A DNA stretch of 60,224 nt from a virus. A program made the translations under genes and the position numbers. The notes under the pieces are model-generated. The model was given only the letters and a program-made list of their open reading frames with translations, was not told where the DNA came from and made no database searches. Positions 39,525 through 48,792 of the stretch are shown here, piece after piece. Position 1 is the stretch's first letter, and every line of letters starts with the position of its first letter. The stretch lies in IMG/VR virus record IMGVR_UViG_3300045988_031686; one strand, written 5' to 3'.

Positions 39525-39719
39525 TTGTGTGTTCAGGAAGCAATTGAAATTCTTCGTGATGAACAAAAACTACTAATAAATGCAATAGCAGTATACAGTA
39601 GCGATTACTTGGGATTGAGCGAAACGAAGATAAGAGAACTTACAATGATAAACAAAAAAAGAATTGAAGCTATTAACATGGCAATTGAAGCACTGGGAGG
39701 TAGAGAAGATGAAGTCTAA
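39525..39719 (+). CDS. Hypothetical protein
   Basis: In-frame TTG 5 nt after AGGAGGGG. Confidence 0.35.
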   Translation: MCVQEAIEILRDEQKLLINAIAVYSSDYLGLSETKIRELTMINKKRIEAINMAIEALGGREDEV

Positions 39720-39837
39720 GAATGGAAACATGAGTGCATTTATTTATGGCAAGCCAACAGGTGGCAGCAGATATGTGGGGAGCAAGAAGAAACGTAAGAC
39801 TACAAGAATTAACAAGAGTAAGAAGGTGGTTTCATGA
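39709..39837 (+). CDS. Small, highly basic protein (42 aa)
   Basis: ATG 9 nt after GGGAGG; its stop codon overlaps the next ATG. Confidence 0.3.
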   Translation: MKSKNGNMSAFIYGKPTGGSRYVGSKKKRKTTRINKSKKVVS

Positions 39838-40400
39838 ACGAACAAGAAGCGATGGAAACATTGGAAAGATTATTTTCGGATTCAACTAATGAGGATTATT
39901 CTTTTACGGAATGTTTTGCAGAGGCTTTAACTATTGCAATACAGGCGCTTGAAGAAGTACAACAGTACCGCGCAATCGGCACACCGGAAGAATTACAGGA
40001 TATGAAAAGCAATTATTTTGGAGCATTAAGTAATTGGCGTCAATATCGCAAGATTGGGACTTTGGAAGAATGCCGGACGGCGAGAGAAAAGCAGATACCG
40101 AAGAAACCTAAACATACATATATTAAGCATGGCAAACACACATGGAAGAAAAATGAAAACGGAGAAATAGACGATTGCGCATGGGATTATGGTTACCACA
40201 ATGGTGTTGTTTGCGAAGTCTGTGGTGAGACAGTATGTGTGCATTGCAATCCTGACTACATGGAACTTGACGATTGCGAAGAAGAGCATTGGAGTTGTTC
40301 ATCTTGTGGGAAAGAGGTATATCGTAACACTAAATATTGTGATTGTGGTCAAAAATTAGATTGGTCAGAAGAAAGTGAGAAAAACAATGAGACTGATTGA
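39834..40400 (+). CDS. Hypothetical protein with C-terminal zinc ribbons
   Basis: CEVCGETVCVHC...CSSCGKE...CDCG. Confidence 0.5.
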   Translation: MNEQEAMETLERLFSDSTNEDYSFTECFAEALTIAIQALEEVQQYRAIGTPEELQDMKSNYFGALSNWRQYRKIGTLEECRTAREKQIPKKPKHTYIKHGKHTWKKNENGEIDDCAWDYGYHNGVVCEVCGETVCVHCNPDYMELDDCEEEHWSCSSCGKEVYRNTKYCDCGQKLDWSEESEKNNETD

Positions 40401-40659
40401 TGCAGATAAATTGCGAACTATATTAACTGATGAAGAATATCCTTGTGCGTTGCAGACGGCATTAATTGGAATTATTAACGAACAGCCGACCGCCTACAAT
40501 GTGGATAAGGTTGTTGAAGAGTTAAACAAAATTAAAAAGTATAACCTTAATTTGGCGGATATGATGCTTGATATTCAAGCAAATGGCACTAACCGACATT
40601 TTATATGTTTAGAGGACGCAATCGAGATAGTAAAGGCAGGTGGAAGAGATGAACGATAG
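40387..40659 (+). CDS. Hypothetical protein
   Basis: ORF beginning MRLIDADKL... Confidence 0.45.
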   Translation: MRLIDADKLRTILTDEEYPCALQTALIGIINEQPTAYNVDKVVEELNKIKKYNLNLADMMLDIQANGTNRHFICLEDAIEIVKAGGRDER

Positions 40660-41128
40660 ATATTTATTCAAAGCAAAGAGAGTTGATAATGGAGAATGGG
40701 TACAAGGCAATCTTATATTGTCAAATGATGCCGAAGATGGTTATAGAGCAATTATCATTCCGACAAATAATAGTAATATGTTTACAAAAGGCGGTACTAA
40801 GGGAGATTTAGGATTTGAAAATTGGTATAAGGTAAATAAAGACACAATCTGCCAATGCACAGGCTTAAAGGACAAGAACGGCAAGCTGATTTGGGAGAAT
40901 GATATTGTAAAAGACTTATTTAGCGATGTTTACGCACAAATCAAATATGGCAGGTATCAGAGTTGCTTTGATAGCACCAAAACTGAACATGTTGGATTTT
41001 ATGTAGACTGGTCAGGCAAGTATACTAAAAGATACAGAAAAGATTTAGGTTATTGGATAAATATGGTTAATGCAGAGGTTATCGGCAACACATTTGACAA
41101 TCCACAATTATTAGAAAGTGAGGAATAA
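40649..41128 (+). CDS. YopX-family protein
   Basis: YLFKAKRVDNGEWVQG...CQCTGLKDKNGKLIWENDIV...IGNTFDNPQLLE. Confidence 0.75.
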   Translation: MNDRYLFKAKRVDNGEWVQGNLILSNDAEDGYRAIIIPTNNSNMFTKGGTKGDLGFENWYKVNKDTICQCTGLKDKNGKLIWENDIVKDLFSDVYAQIKYGRYQSCFDSTKTEHVGFYVDWSGKYTKRYRKDLGYWINMVNAEVIGNTFDNPQLLESEE

Positions 41129-41191
41129 TATGGCAAGAATATTAAGAATAAGTGGATATTTAAAAGCAAAACGAATAGGAGATGAAAGAGA

Positions 41192-41362
41192 ATGGATAAT
41201 TTAGTCAAGACATTAATTAAAATGCTTAAGGAGAGCAATGCAGGATTTATCTCGGCTAAGGTAGGCGAGTACACGATTATTGTTACGGATGACGATGATG
41301 GAGCCAAGGCGCTTAATGAAGCTTGGGACAAGTATGCGGAGGCAGGAGAAGATGACAATTGA
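41192..41362 (+). CDS. Small acidic hypothetical protein (56 aa)
   Basis: ORF with AGGAG upstream. Confidence 0.3.
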   Translation: MDNLVKTLIKMLKESNAGFISAKVGEYTIIVTDDDDGAKALNEAWDKYAEAGEDDN

Positions 41363-41621
41363 TGAGCAGATAGCATTTTGCGAAGAGAAAAGCAAGAACA
41401 TCAAGCTCAAAGCGGAGCCGCAGACTTTTGTTGATATTGCAAAGAGTTTAAAACGGCTTAGAGAATACGAGCAAAATGATGGAGTAGTTTTGCTTAAAGA
41501 CATTTACAATAAGGCTGTCGATGATACAGTTGAAGCCGTGAAAGAAGCCTATGAGTTTGTCATTATTGAGGAAGAAATTAACGAAATAGGGGAGAAATTA
41601 AAGGTAGGTGGCAATCCTTGA
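41352..41621 (+). CDS. Hypothetical protein
   Basis: ORF with ATG 41352. Confidence 0.4.
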   Translation: MTIDEQIAFCEEKSKNIKLKAEPQTFVDIAKSLKRLREYEQNDGVVLLKDIYNKAVDDTVEAVKEAYEFVIIEEEINEIGEKLKVGGNP

Positions 41622-42208
41622 ATAATCAGAACATAGCAAGAGCTAAGGTAATTGAGCAGGAGAATAAGAAAAGGCTGTTAAAGGTCAATCCTAAGCTTGA
41701 CGAGAAGAGCGGCATCTATTTCTTGACAAGAGTTGACGAGAACTGCTTCAAGTACGCATACATCGGACAGGCAGTACATATCTTGACCAGACTGGCGCAA
41801 CACCTTGTAGGATATCAGCACATAGACCTCTCGCTCAAGAAGCATGGGCTATATGACTTCAAGAGTAATCCTTACGGCTGGAAGATAGGATTCTTGCATT
41901 ATCCGACCGCCGAGCTTGACAAGTGGGAACAGCATTACATCAAGGCATACGCTGATAACGGCTACCAGCTCAGGAACAAGACGAGCGGTAGCCAAGGCGA
42001 GGGCAAAGCACAGATTGACGATTACCGCCCAGCTAAGGGTTACAGAGAGGGCATACAACAAGGTAGAAAGAACCTTGCAAGGGAATTATCCAATATAGCG
42101 GAAAAACACCTTAAAATCGAACTGAGAGAAGATAAGGCTAACAATAAGGTGTCGCAGAAGCAGTATGAGAAGTTTAAGGAATTATTGAAAGTGGGCGAGA
42201 GTGAATGA
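41618..42208 (+). CDS. Free-standing GIY-YIG nuclease
   Basis: SGIYFLTRVDENCFKYAYIGQAVHILTRLAQH...EQHYIKAYADNGYQLRN. Confidence 0.65.
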   Translation: MNNQNIARAKVIEQENKKRLLKVNPKLDEKSGIYFLTRVDENCFKYAYIGQAVHILTRLAQHLVGYQHIDLSLKKHGLYDFKSNPYGWKIGFLHYPTAELDKWEQHYIKAYADNGYQLRNKTSGSQGEGKAQIDDYRPAKGYREGIQQGRKNLARELSNIAEKHLKIELREDKANNKVSQKQYEKFKELLKVGESE

Positions 42209-42525
42209 CGAGTGTAGAAGAATATTTATCTAAAGCGAATGATGAGTATAAAAAGGGCGAAGAATATAAAGAACTTGCCAATAAACACTTTAATAATTAT
42301 GCAGAACTCATAGCAATATACAGAATAGAAAGTGTGAGCAGAGTTCTTGACTTTATAAGAGATGAATATAGGGCAGGAAGAATTTGTGACCTTGAAACAT
42401 TGTTATGTCATTGTCAAAACAAGCTGAACGGAAATATTGACGGAACAGAATTAGACCTTGACAGACATTTAAGAGGTGTTCCTTTTAAGAAAGTGGGTGA
42501 GAGTAATGCTGATACCAACAGTTAA
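42205..42525 (+). CDS. Hypothetical protein
   Basis: 106-aa ORF. Confidence 0.45.
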   Translation: MTSVEEYLSKANDEYKKGEEYKELANKHFNNYAELIAIYRIESVSRVLDFIRDEYRAGRICDLETLLCHCQNKLNGNIDGTELDLDRHLRGVPFKKVGESNADTNS

Positions 42526-42823
42526 AGCTAAAGAGTTTGAGAAGTTCGGATTTAAGAAATGCAAGGGCGAATATGGTAAGCAGGGATGTTATTACTTGTG
42601 CGTATCAAGAGGCGTAAAAATGCTTTTTGTTAGCGATGTGTATTTTGGTGTTAATGATTGGAGTGATAACGACCCAAGAATACATAAACACGCTAATTGC
42701 AGATACAGAGACAACAGAACCTACCTTGATATTATCTACGAGTTAATCAAGGCAGATATGCTTAGAAGCGATTGTGTGAAAGTAGGTGGCAATGATGAAG
42801 ATTGGAGAAACGAGGAAACTTAG
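42506..42823 (+). CDS. Hypothetical protein
   Basis: ATG 42506 after GGGTGAG. Confidence 0.45.
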   Translation: MLIPTVKAKEFEKFGFKKCKGEYGKQGCYYLCVSRGVKMLFVSDVYFGVNDWSDNDPRIHKHANCRYRDNRTYLDIIYELIKADMLRSDCVKVGGNDEDWRNEET

Positions 42824-43111
42824 TATGACACAGGACGGACAATTTGAATTAACAGACTTTTTAGGTAAGATGATTGAGAGTAAATCTGTTATGGACTTGA
42901 CAGCTTGAATAAACAGCCAAGGCAAAGCACAGTATTCACAGATTGGTGAGATTGTAGAAGATGTTTACAACCGTGAAAAAGATGGTGGAGAACTTATTGA
43001 AAGGCTCACAAATGCTGTATCGGTGTATGTTCTTAATCAGTCTATGGGGTATATGGATTATTTGTGCGCTGTATCAAAGGAATAAAATCAAACGAAAAAG
43101 GAGATTAAGCG

Positions 43112-43609
43112 ATGGCAGACAAGAGAATGTTCTCAAAAAAGTTAATAGATTCGGATGCGTTCCTTGATATGCCAATATCGGCGCAGGGTTTGTTCTTCCA
43201 CTTGTGCATGAGAGCGGATGATGACGGCTTTGTGGATGCGCCTAAGAGGATTGCAAGGGAATGTCAAGCGTCAAGCGAGGACTTGCAGATGTTGATTGAC
43301 AAGCGGTATATTTTGACGTTCCCCAACTCTAACGTCATTGTAATTAAGCATTGGCGGCTACATAACACCATACCTAAGGACAGATATAAGCCAACGCTGT
43401 ACACGGAGGAAAAATCGCAGATAGGTGTTAAGCCTAACGGAGCCTACACAGATGACCCGGCTAAGATGGTGAGCATGAGCACAACCCAAAGCTCAACACC
43501 AAGGACAAAGAACACGTTTAACAAGTTTTCACAGAGAGGATATACGGACGAACAATTCAAAGAGATGGAGCGAAAAATAATACAGAAAGGAGATAAAGAT
43601 GGTGGCTAA
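43112..43609 (+). CDS. Replisome organizer (N-terminal domain type)
   Basis: MFSKKLIDSDAFLDMPISAQGLFFHLCMRADDDGFV is characteristic of this family. Confidence 0.7.
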   Translation: MADKRMFSKKLIDSDAFLDMPISAQGLFFHLCMRADDDGFVDAPKRIARECQASSEDLQMLIDKRYILTFPNSNVIVIKHWRLHNTIPKDRYKPTLYTEEKSQIGVKPNGAYTDDPAKMVSMSTTQSSTPRTKNTFNKFSQRGYTDEQFKEMERKIIQKGDKDGG

Positions 43610-43967
43610 CGAAATATATTATAAACGCAAGGCGAACCATGAATGTACATATTGTGGAGCTAAACTGCCAGACAATTACAAGTTTTCAAAGTGCGAGAAT
43701 TGCTTGAAAACTGATAGCGAAATGACTAAATACGCAAGGAAAATAGCACTGAAAGCAGGATTATGCACAATATGCAAGACAAGGAAAGCACGCCCGGGCA
43801 GAGTAACTTGCGAAATATGCGGACGAAAGAAATCAGACGAGGTTATGGCACGACGAAAGCGGCTTAAGGCACAAGGGTTGTGTACTATGTGCGGGAAAGT
43901 GCCGCGCACAGAAAGCTCCTGCCTATGCGAGGAGTGCAAAATCAAATGGAGGGGGTATAACTATTGA
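43599..43967 (+). CDS. Multi-zinc-ribbon protein
   Basis: Four to five CxxC pairs within 122 aa. Confidence 0.5.
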   Translation: MVANEIYYKRKANHECTYCGAKLPDNYKFSKCENCLKTDSEMTKYARKIALKAGLCTICKTRKARPGRVTCEICGRKKSDEVMARRKRLKAQGLCTMCGKVPRTESSCLCEECKIKWRGYNY

Positions 43968-44134
43968 TGGCAACAACAATAGCTTTTTTGACCGGAACGA
44001 TATTATCGGCTATGGCAACATTCCTGATAGTAGGAGCAAGCAAAAACAATACGATTATTGAAGCATACGAAGAGGGCTACAGAGATGGATTAAATGCAGT
44101 CGGAAACGGAGCAAAATATGACGAGGTTCGCTGA
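43967..44134 (+). CDS. Small TM protein (55 aa)
   Basis: ORF with the hydrophobic segment IAFLTGTILSAMATFLIVGA. Confidence 0.3.
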   Translation: MATTIAFLTGTILSAMATFLIVGASKNNTIIEAYEEGYRDGLNAVGNGAKYDEVR

Positions 44135-44321
44135 CAATCTTCGGGTGCTTATGGCACGGCAAAAGGTGTCACAATTTAAGCTTGCCAGTGATTTAGGCTT
44201 GTCTCAGGCACAGGTGAGCAAGTATTTATGTCACAAGGCATACCCTAGACCGCATACGTTAGATAAGATAGCAACATACTTTAGTGTGAGTGTTGATGAG
44301 CTGGAATGTGAAAGAATGTGA
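44118..44321 (+). CDS. XRE-family HTH protein (Cro/excisionase-control-like)
   Basis: FADNLRVLMARQKVSQFKLASDLGLSQAQVSKYL. Confidence 0.7.
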   Translation: MTRFADNLRVLMARQKVSQFKLASDLGLSQAQVSKYLCHKAYPRPHTLDKIATYFSVSVDELECERM

Positions 44322-44354
44322 AGAAAAGAGGGAAAATAGGAGGAATAATGGCTT

Positions 44355-44558
44355 ATGAAGCTGTCGAAGCTGACTAAGCCGGAGCTTGATGAAATTATTA
44401 ACAACGCCAACTTCACAGAAGAAGAGATTGAAGTTTTTAAACTTCTTGCAAGAGGCAAAACGATAACGGAGATTGCACAGCAAGTATCGGTATGCAATCG
44501 GACGGTGAACAGGCGGATTAAAAAAATTAAGTCAAAAATCAGCAGATTGGAGGGGTAA
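44355..44558 (+). CDS. Sigma-70 region-4 / LuxR-type HTH protein
   Basis: FTEEEIEVFKLLARGKTITEIAQQVSVCNRTVNRRIKKI. Confidence 0.65.
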   Translation: MKLSKLTKPELDEIINNANFTEEEIEVFKLLARGKTITEIAQQVSVCNRTVNRRIKKIKSKISRLEG

Positions 44559-44560
44559 TC

Positions 44561-44662
44561 ATGGTGATTGTGACACAGAATGGCAGGGAGATTAAGACAG
44601 GCGAAATCAAATTGCCGGACAAGACCAAAGAACTGATTGCATCAATAATTGACAATCAGTAA
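44561..44662 (+). CDS. Small hypothetical protein (33 aa)
   Basis: ATG follows GGAGGGG. Confidence 0.3.
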   Translation: MVIVTQNGREIKTGEIKLPDKTKELIASIIDNQ

Positions 44663-44728
44663 ATATGAGCGTAAAATGTGCCGTAACGCGATAAGTACGG
44701 CACATTCTTTTTAAGAGGAGGTTAAACG

Positions 44729-46090
44729 ATGGAATGTGTTGCGTACATGAGAGTATCAACGGAGAAGCAAGCCGAAGAAGGTAACGGATTGGAAAGTCAA
44801 AAGAGGGATATTCTCGACTACTGCTCCAAGAATGAGCTGATTGTGACAGATTGGTATGTTGACGATGGTTACACCGGGGCAAATATGAACCGCCCTGAGC
44901 TTCAAAGGCTTGTTGCTGACTGTAAGCATAAGAGAATATACTGCGTGGTGGCTTTTAAGCTCGACAGATTATCAAGGAATATGATTGACGGTCTATATAT
45001 GATTGAGAAGATATTCCAACCGAACGGCGTACAGTTTAAGTGCGTACACGATAGTGTAAGCTATGATAGCCCGATGGAACAGGCTTATACTCAGATGATG
45101 GCAGTTTTTGCACAGCTTGACAAAAATACAATGATGTTGCGTATGCGTGGCGGTATGCTTGAACGTGTCAAGCAAGGTTACTGGTCTGGCGGCGGCAACT
45201 TGCCTTATTGCTATTCTTACGACAAAGAACAAGGCATATTAATACCCATTCCAGAACGAGCAGAACAAGCAAACAAGGCACTTGAACTTTACATAAGAGG
45301 ATATTCGGACGTAAAAATCTGTAAAATATGTGGGTATAAAGGTGAGAAAGTTGTCAGGCAGATACTCACAACACCAGTAAATGTCGGTATGATACCATAC
45401 AAGGGCAAGATATATCAAGGTTTGCATGAGCCTATATTCAACAAGGAGCAGTTTGAACTTGCGCAACAGTTGAGAAAATCTCGAAGCTGCAATAAAGCAA
45501 GTTGCATAACTGAACCTAACCTATTGACCGGGCTGTGTTATTGCGGTGTGTGTGGATGTGCCATGCGATATCAGAAGTGGACGCACGGAAAGCACAAGAT
45601 ATATTGCATGTCAAGAAATAAGGCTATGTCTTATCTGCCAAACCACAACCCGGACTGCAATAATTCACTCGAATGGGCGGACGATATAGAGGAGCAAGTC
45701 GAGAAAGAAATGCTCAAAATATCGCTTGACTTATCATCGTACAAGCCTAAGGAAAAGGAAACAAAGCTTGATATTATGCAGTCACAGCTTGACAAGGAAC
45801 AGGCGAAATTGAAAAGGCTTTACGGCTTGTATGCGGATGGCAACGACACAGTGTTGAGCATGATTAAAGAGCTTGAAGCAAATATATCTGCGATTAAGGA
45901 GAATATATCGGAAGAACGGAAAAACTTTTCCGTCAAGCAGAAGAACACTATTGTATATGATGAAATAAAAAAACTTGCCGATGTTTGGGACAGCATCGAC
46001 AAGAAGCAAAAAAATATGATACTTAAAACTATAATTGACAAGATAATCATTGTCAATGGCAATATTGAGATACAGTTAAAGAATTTTTAG
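44729..46090 (+). CDS. int: Large serine recombinase (integrase)
   Basis: YMRVSTEKQ (catalytic Ser motif), FKLDRLSRN, recombinase domain, Cys cluster CYCGVCGC...C, C-terminal coiled coil. Confidence 0.9.
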   Translation: MECVAYMRVSTEKQAEEGNGLESQKRDILDYCSKNELIVTDWYVDDGYTGANMNRPELQRLVADCKHKRIYCVVAFKLDRLSRNMIDGLYMIEKIFQPNGVQFKCVHDSVSYDSPMEQAYTQMMAVFAQLDKNTMMLRMRGGMLERVKQGYWSGGGNLPYCYSYDKEQGILIPIPERAEQANKALELYIRGYSDVKICKICGYKGEKVVRQILTTPVNVGMIPYKGKIYQGLHEPIFNKEQFELAQQLRKSRSCNKASCITEPNLLTGLCYCGVCGCAMRYQKWTHGKHKIYCMSRNKAMSYLPNHNPDCNNSLEWADDIEEQVEKEMLKISLDLSSYKPKEKETKLDIMQSQLDKEQAKLKRLYGLYADGNDTVLSMIKELEANISAIKENISEERKNFSVKQKNTIVYDEIKKLADVWDSIDKKQKNMILKTIIDKIIIVNGNIEIQLKNF

Positions 46091-46131
46091 CACTTACTGT
46101 ATGCGGTTCCTATGGCGGTATGCTAGTGCTA
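46088..46131. other. Candidate attP core (imperfect 44-bp dyad abutting the int stop codon)
   Basis: Outer arms TAGCACT...AGTGCTA around the internal repeats tatgcgg/tatggcgg. Position next to int is typical of attP sites. Confidence 0.2.
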
Positions 46132-46253
46132 ATGCCGTATTTATCGCGTTTTTTCAAAGAAGGAAATTGGATATTTGTCGCTTTTATGTCGCCAAGCTGT
46201 CGCTTTAGGCGGCTTTTTTTATGCCAAAATATAAGCAAAAGGAGGGATAACCG

Positions 46254-46415
46254 ATGTTGTCAGATAAGGTAATTGAGAAGATTTTCGCGAAAGAGGAAAT
46301 TCAAAAAGCAGACCTGATGACGGTATCTCTTATTATCCACGCAGTTGGCGAAGCTATCGAGGAGGTAGAAGAAGAAAATGCAAATGAACAGTCCTCAATA
46401 CAACAATCCTTATAA
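46254..46415 (+). CDS. Small acidic hypothetical protein (53 aa)
   Basis: ATG follows AAAGGAGGG. Confidence 0.35.
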   Translation: MLSDKVIEKIFAKEEIQKADLMTVSLIIHAVGEAIEEVEEENANEQSSIQQSL

Positions 46416-46914
46416 CATTCCGAGCTATTATCCACAGCAGTACACAGGTTATCCACAATACTTACAGCAAATGCAGGCGGCAAGGTATCAGCCTCAGGAA
46501 CAGCCGCCGGTGCAGATGCCCGGAGCATATCAGCAACAGCCAGTAGGCATCAATGGGCGAATGGTACAGTCTGTCGAAAACATCAACGCTAATGAAGTGC
46601 CTATGGACGGCTCAATGGCATTCTTCCCTAAGCAGGATATGTCGGAGATATACGTCAAGGCTTGGGACGCTAACGGACTAATCAAGACGATTGTGTATAA
46701 GCCCCAAATAGACAATAAATCTGTGCAAGCGGTAAATACTTCACTTGATACGGAAAAACTCAAAATTGACCTATCAGAACAAGCCACAGCAGGCATTATG
46801 CAACGCTTTGATGACTTATCGGCGAAGATTGAGCAGTTGGAAAACAAGGTAGCTTTAGGGACGCAGAGAAAAACTTCGCAATCGCAAAGCAAAAAGGAGA
46901 GTGACGAGGCATGA
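46378..46914 (+). CDS. Protein with a Q/Y/P-rich low-complexity N-terminus
   Basis: MQMNSPQYNNPYNIPSYYPQQYTGYPQYLQQMQAARYQPQEQPP..., followed by an ordered C-terminal half. Confidence 0.5.
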   Translation: MQMNSPQYNNPYNIPSYYPQQYTGYPQYLQQMQAARYQPQEQPPVQMPGAYQQQPVGINGRMVQSVENINANEVPMDGSMAFFPKQDMSEIYVKAWDANGLIKTIVYKPQIDNKSVQAVNTSLDTEKLKIDLSEQATAGIMQRFDDLSAKIEQLENKVALGTQRKTSQSQSKKESDEA

Positions 46915-47147
46915 TGAACCCAATGCAATTAATTCAAATGATACGTGGCGGCAATCCACAACAGTTCATACAGCAAATAATGGGGAATAATCAGATTATG
47001 TCAAACCCTATGGCTAAAAACGCTATCGGCATGGCACAACAGGGAAACACTAAGGGTATTGAACAGCTTGCAAGGAACTTGTGCAAGGAAAAAGGTTTAA
47101 ATGCCGATGATGTATTTAATCAGATAAAAACCAGATTTAATAATTAG
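46911..47147 (+). CDS. Q/N/M-rich small protein
   Basis: 78-aa ORF coupled to the upstream gene (ATGA overlap). Confidence 0.45.
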   Translation: MMNPMQLIQMIRGGNPQQFIQQIMGNNQIMSNPMAKNAIGMAQQGNTKGIEQLARNLCKEKGLNADDVFNQIKTRFNN

Positions 47148-47217
47148 TAGCATATTAGATGTCTTTGCAAATTACCTGGGTGACATCTTTATGAATAAAT
47201 TAATGGAGGTAACTAAT

Positions 47218-47997
47218 ATGTTTAATTCAAATTGTGCCAGTGTACCACTTGTAGCAAGCATTGACGGCAACAGTAATAACAATGGCTGGGGAGATGGCGG
47301 ATGGCTTTGGTTCATTGTCGTAATCTTTGCAATATTTGGTGGCTGGGGCGGTGGCTTTGGCGGATTTGGCGGTAATGGTGGAGCATTACAGGGATATGCG
47401 ACACAGGCTGATATTCAGAGAGGCTTCGACAATTCGGCAGTTATCAGCAAGTTAGACGGCATTTCCAACGGACTTTGCGATGGATTTTACGCTATGAATA
47501 ACAGTATGCTCACAGGCTTTAATGGCATAAATACAAACATTATGCAGACAGGCTACGGCATCCAGCAGGCTATTAACGCTGATACAGTCGCTAATATGCA
47601 GAATACAAATGCTTTACAGTCACAGCTTGCCAACTGTTGCTGTGAGACAAGAGAAGCCATTCAGGGTGTAAACTACAATATGGCAACTAACACCTGCGCT
47701 TTACAGAATACAATGAATAACAACACCAGAGACATCATTGACAGCCAGAACGCAGGAACGAGAGCTATCCTTGATTTCCTGACAAATGACAAGATTGCAA
47801 CATTACAGGCAGAGAACAATGATTTACGCAGAGCTGCTTCACAGGATAGACAGAACGCACTTCTGACTTCTGCCATGAGTGCACAGACAAATCAGATTAT
47901 TGATGCAGTAAGACCTACACCGGTCCCTTCATTCCCAGCTTCTAACCTTTATGGTTATGCATATGGATGTGGTTGTAATACCGGCTGTAATTGCTAA
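47218..47997 (+). CDS. Gly/Trp-rich TM protein with a Q/N-rich helical region and a Cys-rich tail
   Basis: GWGDGGWLWFIVVIFAIFGGWGGGFGGFGGNGG...ends YGYAYGCGCNTGCNC. RBS GGAGGT. Confidence 0.55.
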   Translation: MFNSNCASVPLVASIDGNSNNNGWGDGGWLWFIVVIFAIFGGWGGGFGGFGGNGGALQGYATQADIQRGFDNSAVISKLDGISNGLCDGFYAMNNSMLTGFNGINTNIMQTGYGIQQAINADTVANMQNTNALQSQLANCCCETREAIQGVNYNMATNTCALQNTMNNNTRDIIDSQNAGTRAILDFLTNDKIATLQAENNDLRRAASQDRQNALLTSAMSAQTNQIIDAVRPTPVPSFPASNLYGYAYGCGCNTGCNC

Positions 47998-48118
47998 AAC
48001 TGAATAATTGAGTATCTTAATTGAGTTTAACTCGATTATGTCTGCTAAGCAGTATTACTTATAACCCAAGGGCAGACTATAATGTTTGCCCTTATTTTTA
48101 TGAAAGAGAGGAAATAAA

Positions 48119-48547
48119 ATGGCTGAATTTTCAAGCGTTGCAACACAGACAGTTGCAGTAAACGGAAATGTATTATTTACAGATACACCAACATCAATTT
48201 GCAATAAAGGATATATCACGCATAGAACTGGAAGTGGTTTAATCAATGTCAAGGGGGCAACGAACGCTTGCAGGGCAAAGTACAGAGTGGAATTTAACGG
48301 AAATATTGCAGTTCCTACAGGTGGAACGGCAGGAGCTATATCACTTGCGATTGCGATTGAGGGCGAGCCAGACTTGTCAACACTTGCCATTTCTACCCCG
48401 ACAGCCGCAGAAGCATTTAACAATGTATCTATGGCTACTGATGTATGGCTTCCTTGCGGTTGTTGTCAAGCAGTTTCCGTTAAGAACACATCTACGCAGG
48501 CTATAGACGTTGCTAATGCTAACATTACTATAAATCGCATTGGCTAG
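48119..48547 (+). CDS. BclA-C-terminal / C1q-TNF-like jelly-roll protein (tentative)
   Basis: 142 aa. The pattern of alternating beta-strand-like segments (VAVNGNVLF...YRVEFNGNIAV...ISLAIAIEGEP...ITINRIG) recalls BclA-CTD proteins. Confidence 0.45.
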   Translation: MAEFSSVATQTVAVNGNVLFTDTPTSICNKGYITHRTGSGLINVKGATNACRAKYRVEFNGNIAVPTGGTAGAISLAIAIEGEPDLSTLAISTPTAAEAFNNVSMATDVWLPCGCCQAVSVKNTSTQAIDVANANITINRIG

Positions 48548-48680
48548 TTTTATTCTTTAAGTAGTTGACTATAAGTTCTTCAAGAATTTCAGAAACCGAA
48601 CGATGTTCTTTAATGGCTTGTATTTTGATTTTTTCAAGAAGCTCATTGCTTATTGTTGTTGTAAATTTTATTTTTGACAT
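48528..48680 (-). CDS. CopG/Arc-type ribbon-helix-helix repressor (50 aa)
   Basis: AAGGAG RBS. MSKIKFTTTISNELLEKIKIQAIKEHRSVSEILEELI. The 204-aa ORF in the supplied track is an upstream over-extension of this gene. Confidence 0.6.
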   Translation of the reverse strand: MSKIKFTTTISNELLEKIKIQAIKEHRSVSEILEELIVNYLKNKTSQCDL

Positions 48681-48715
48681 ATTATATTCTCCTTTTTGAT
48701 TTTTACTATACCATA

Positions 48716-48777
48716 AATACGTATTGACGTAAACCCTCAAAATTGATACAATATACGTAAATAAGTATATACGTATT
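48716..48777. promoter_or_regulatory. Divergent promoter region with three TACGTA-core palindromes
   Basis: AATACGTATT at 48716-48725; TTGACG-17 nt-TACAAT at 48724-48752; TACGTA at 48754-48759; ATACGTAT at 48769-48776. Confidence 0.5.
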
Positions 48778-48792
48778 AAAGGAGAATTGGAC

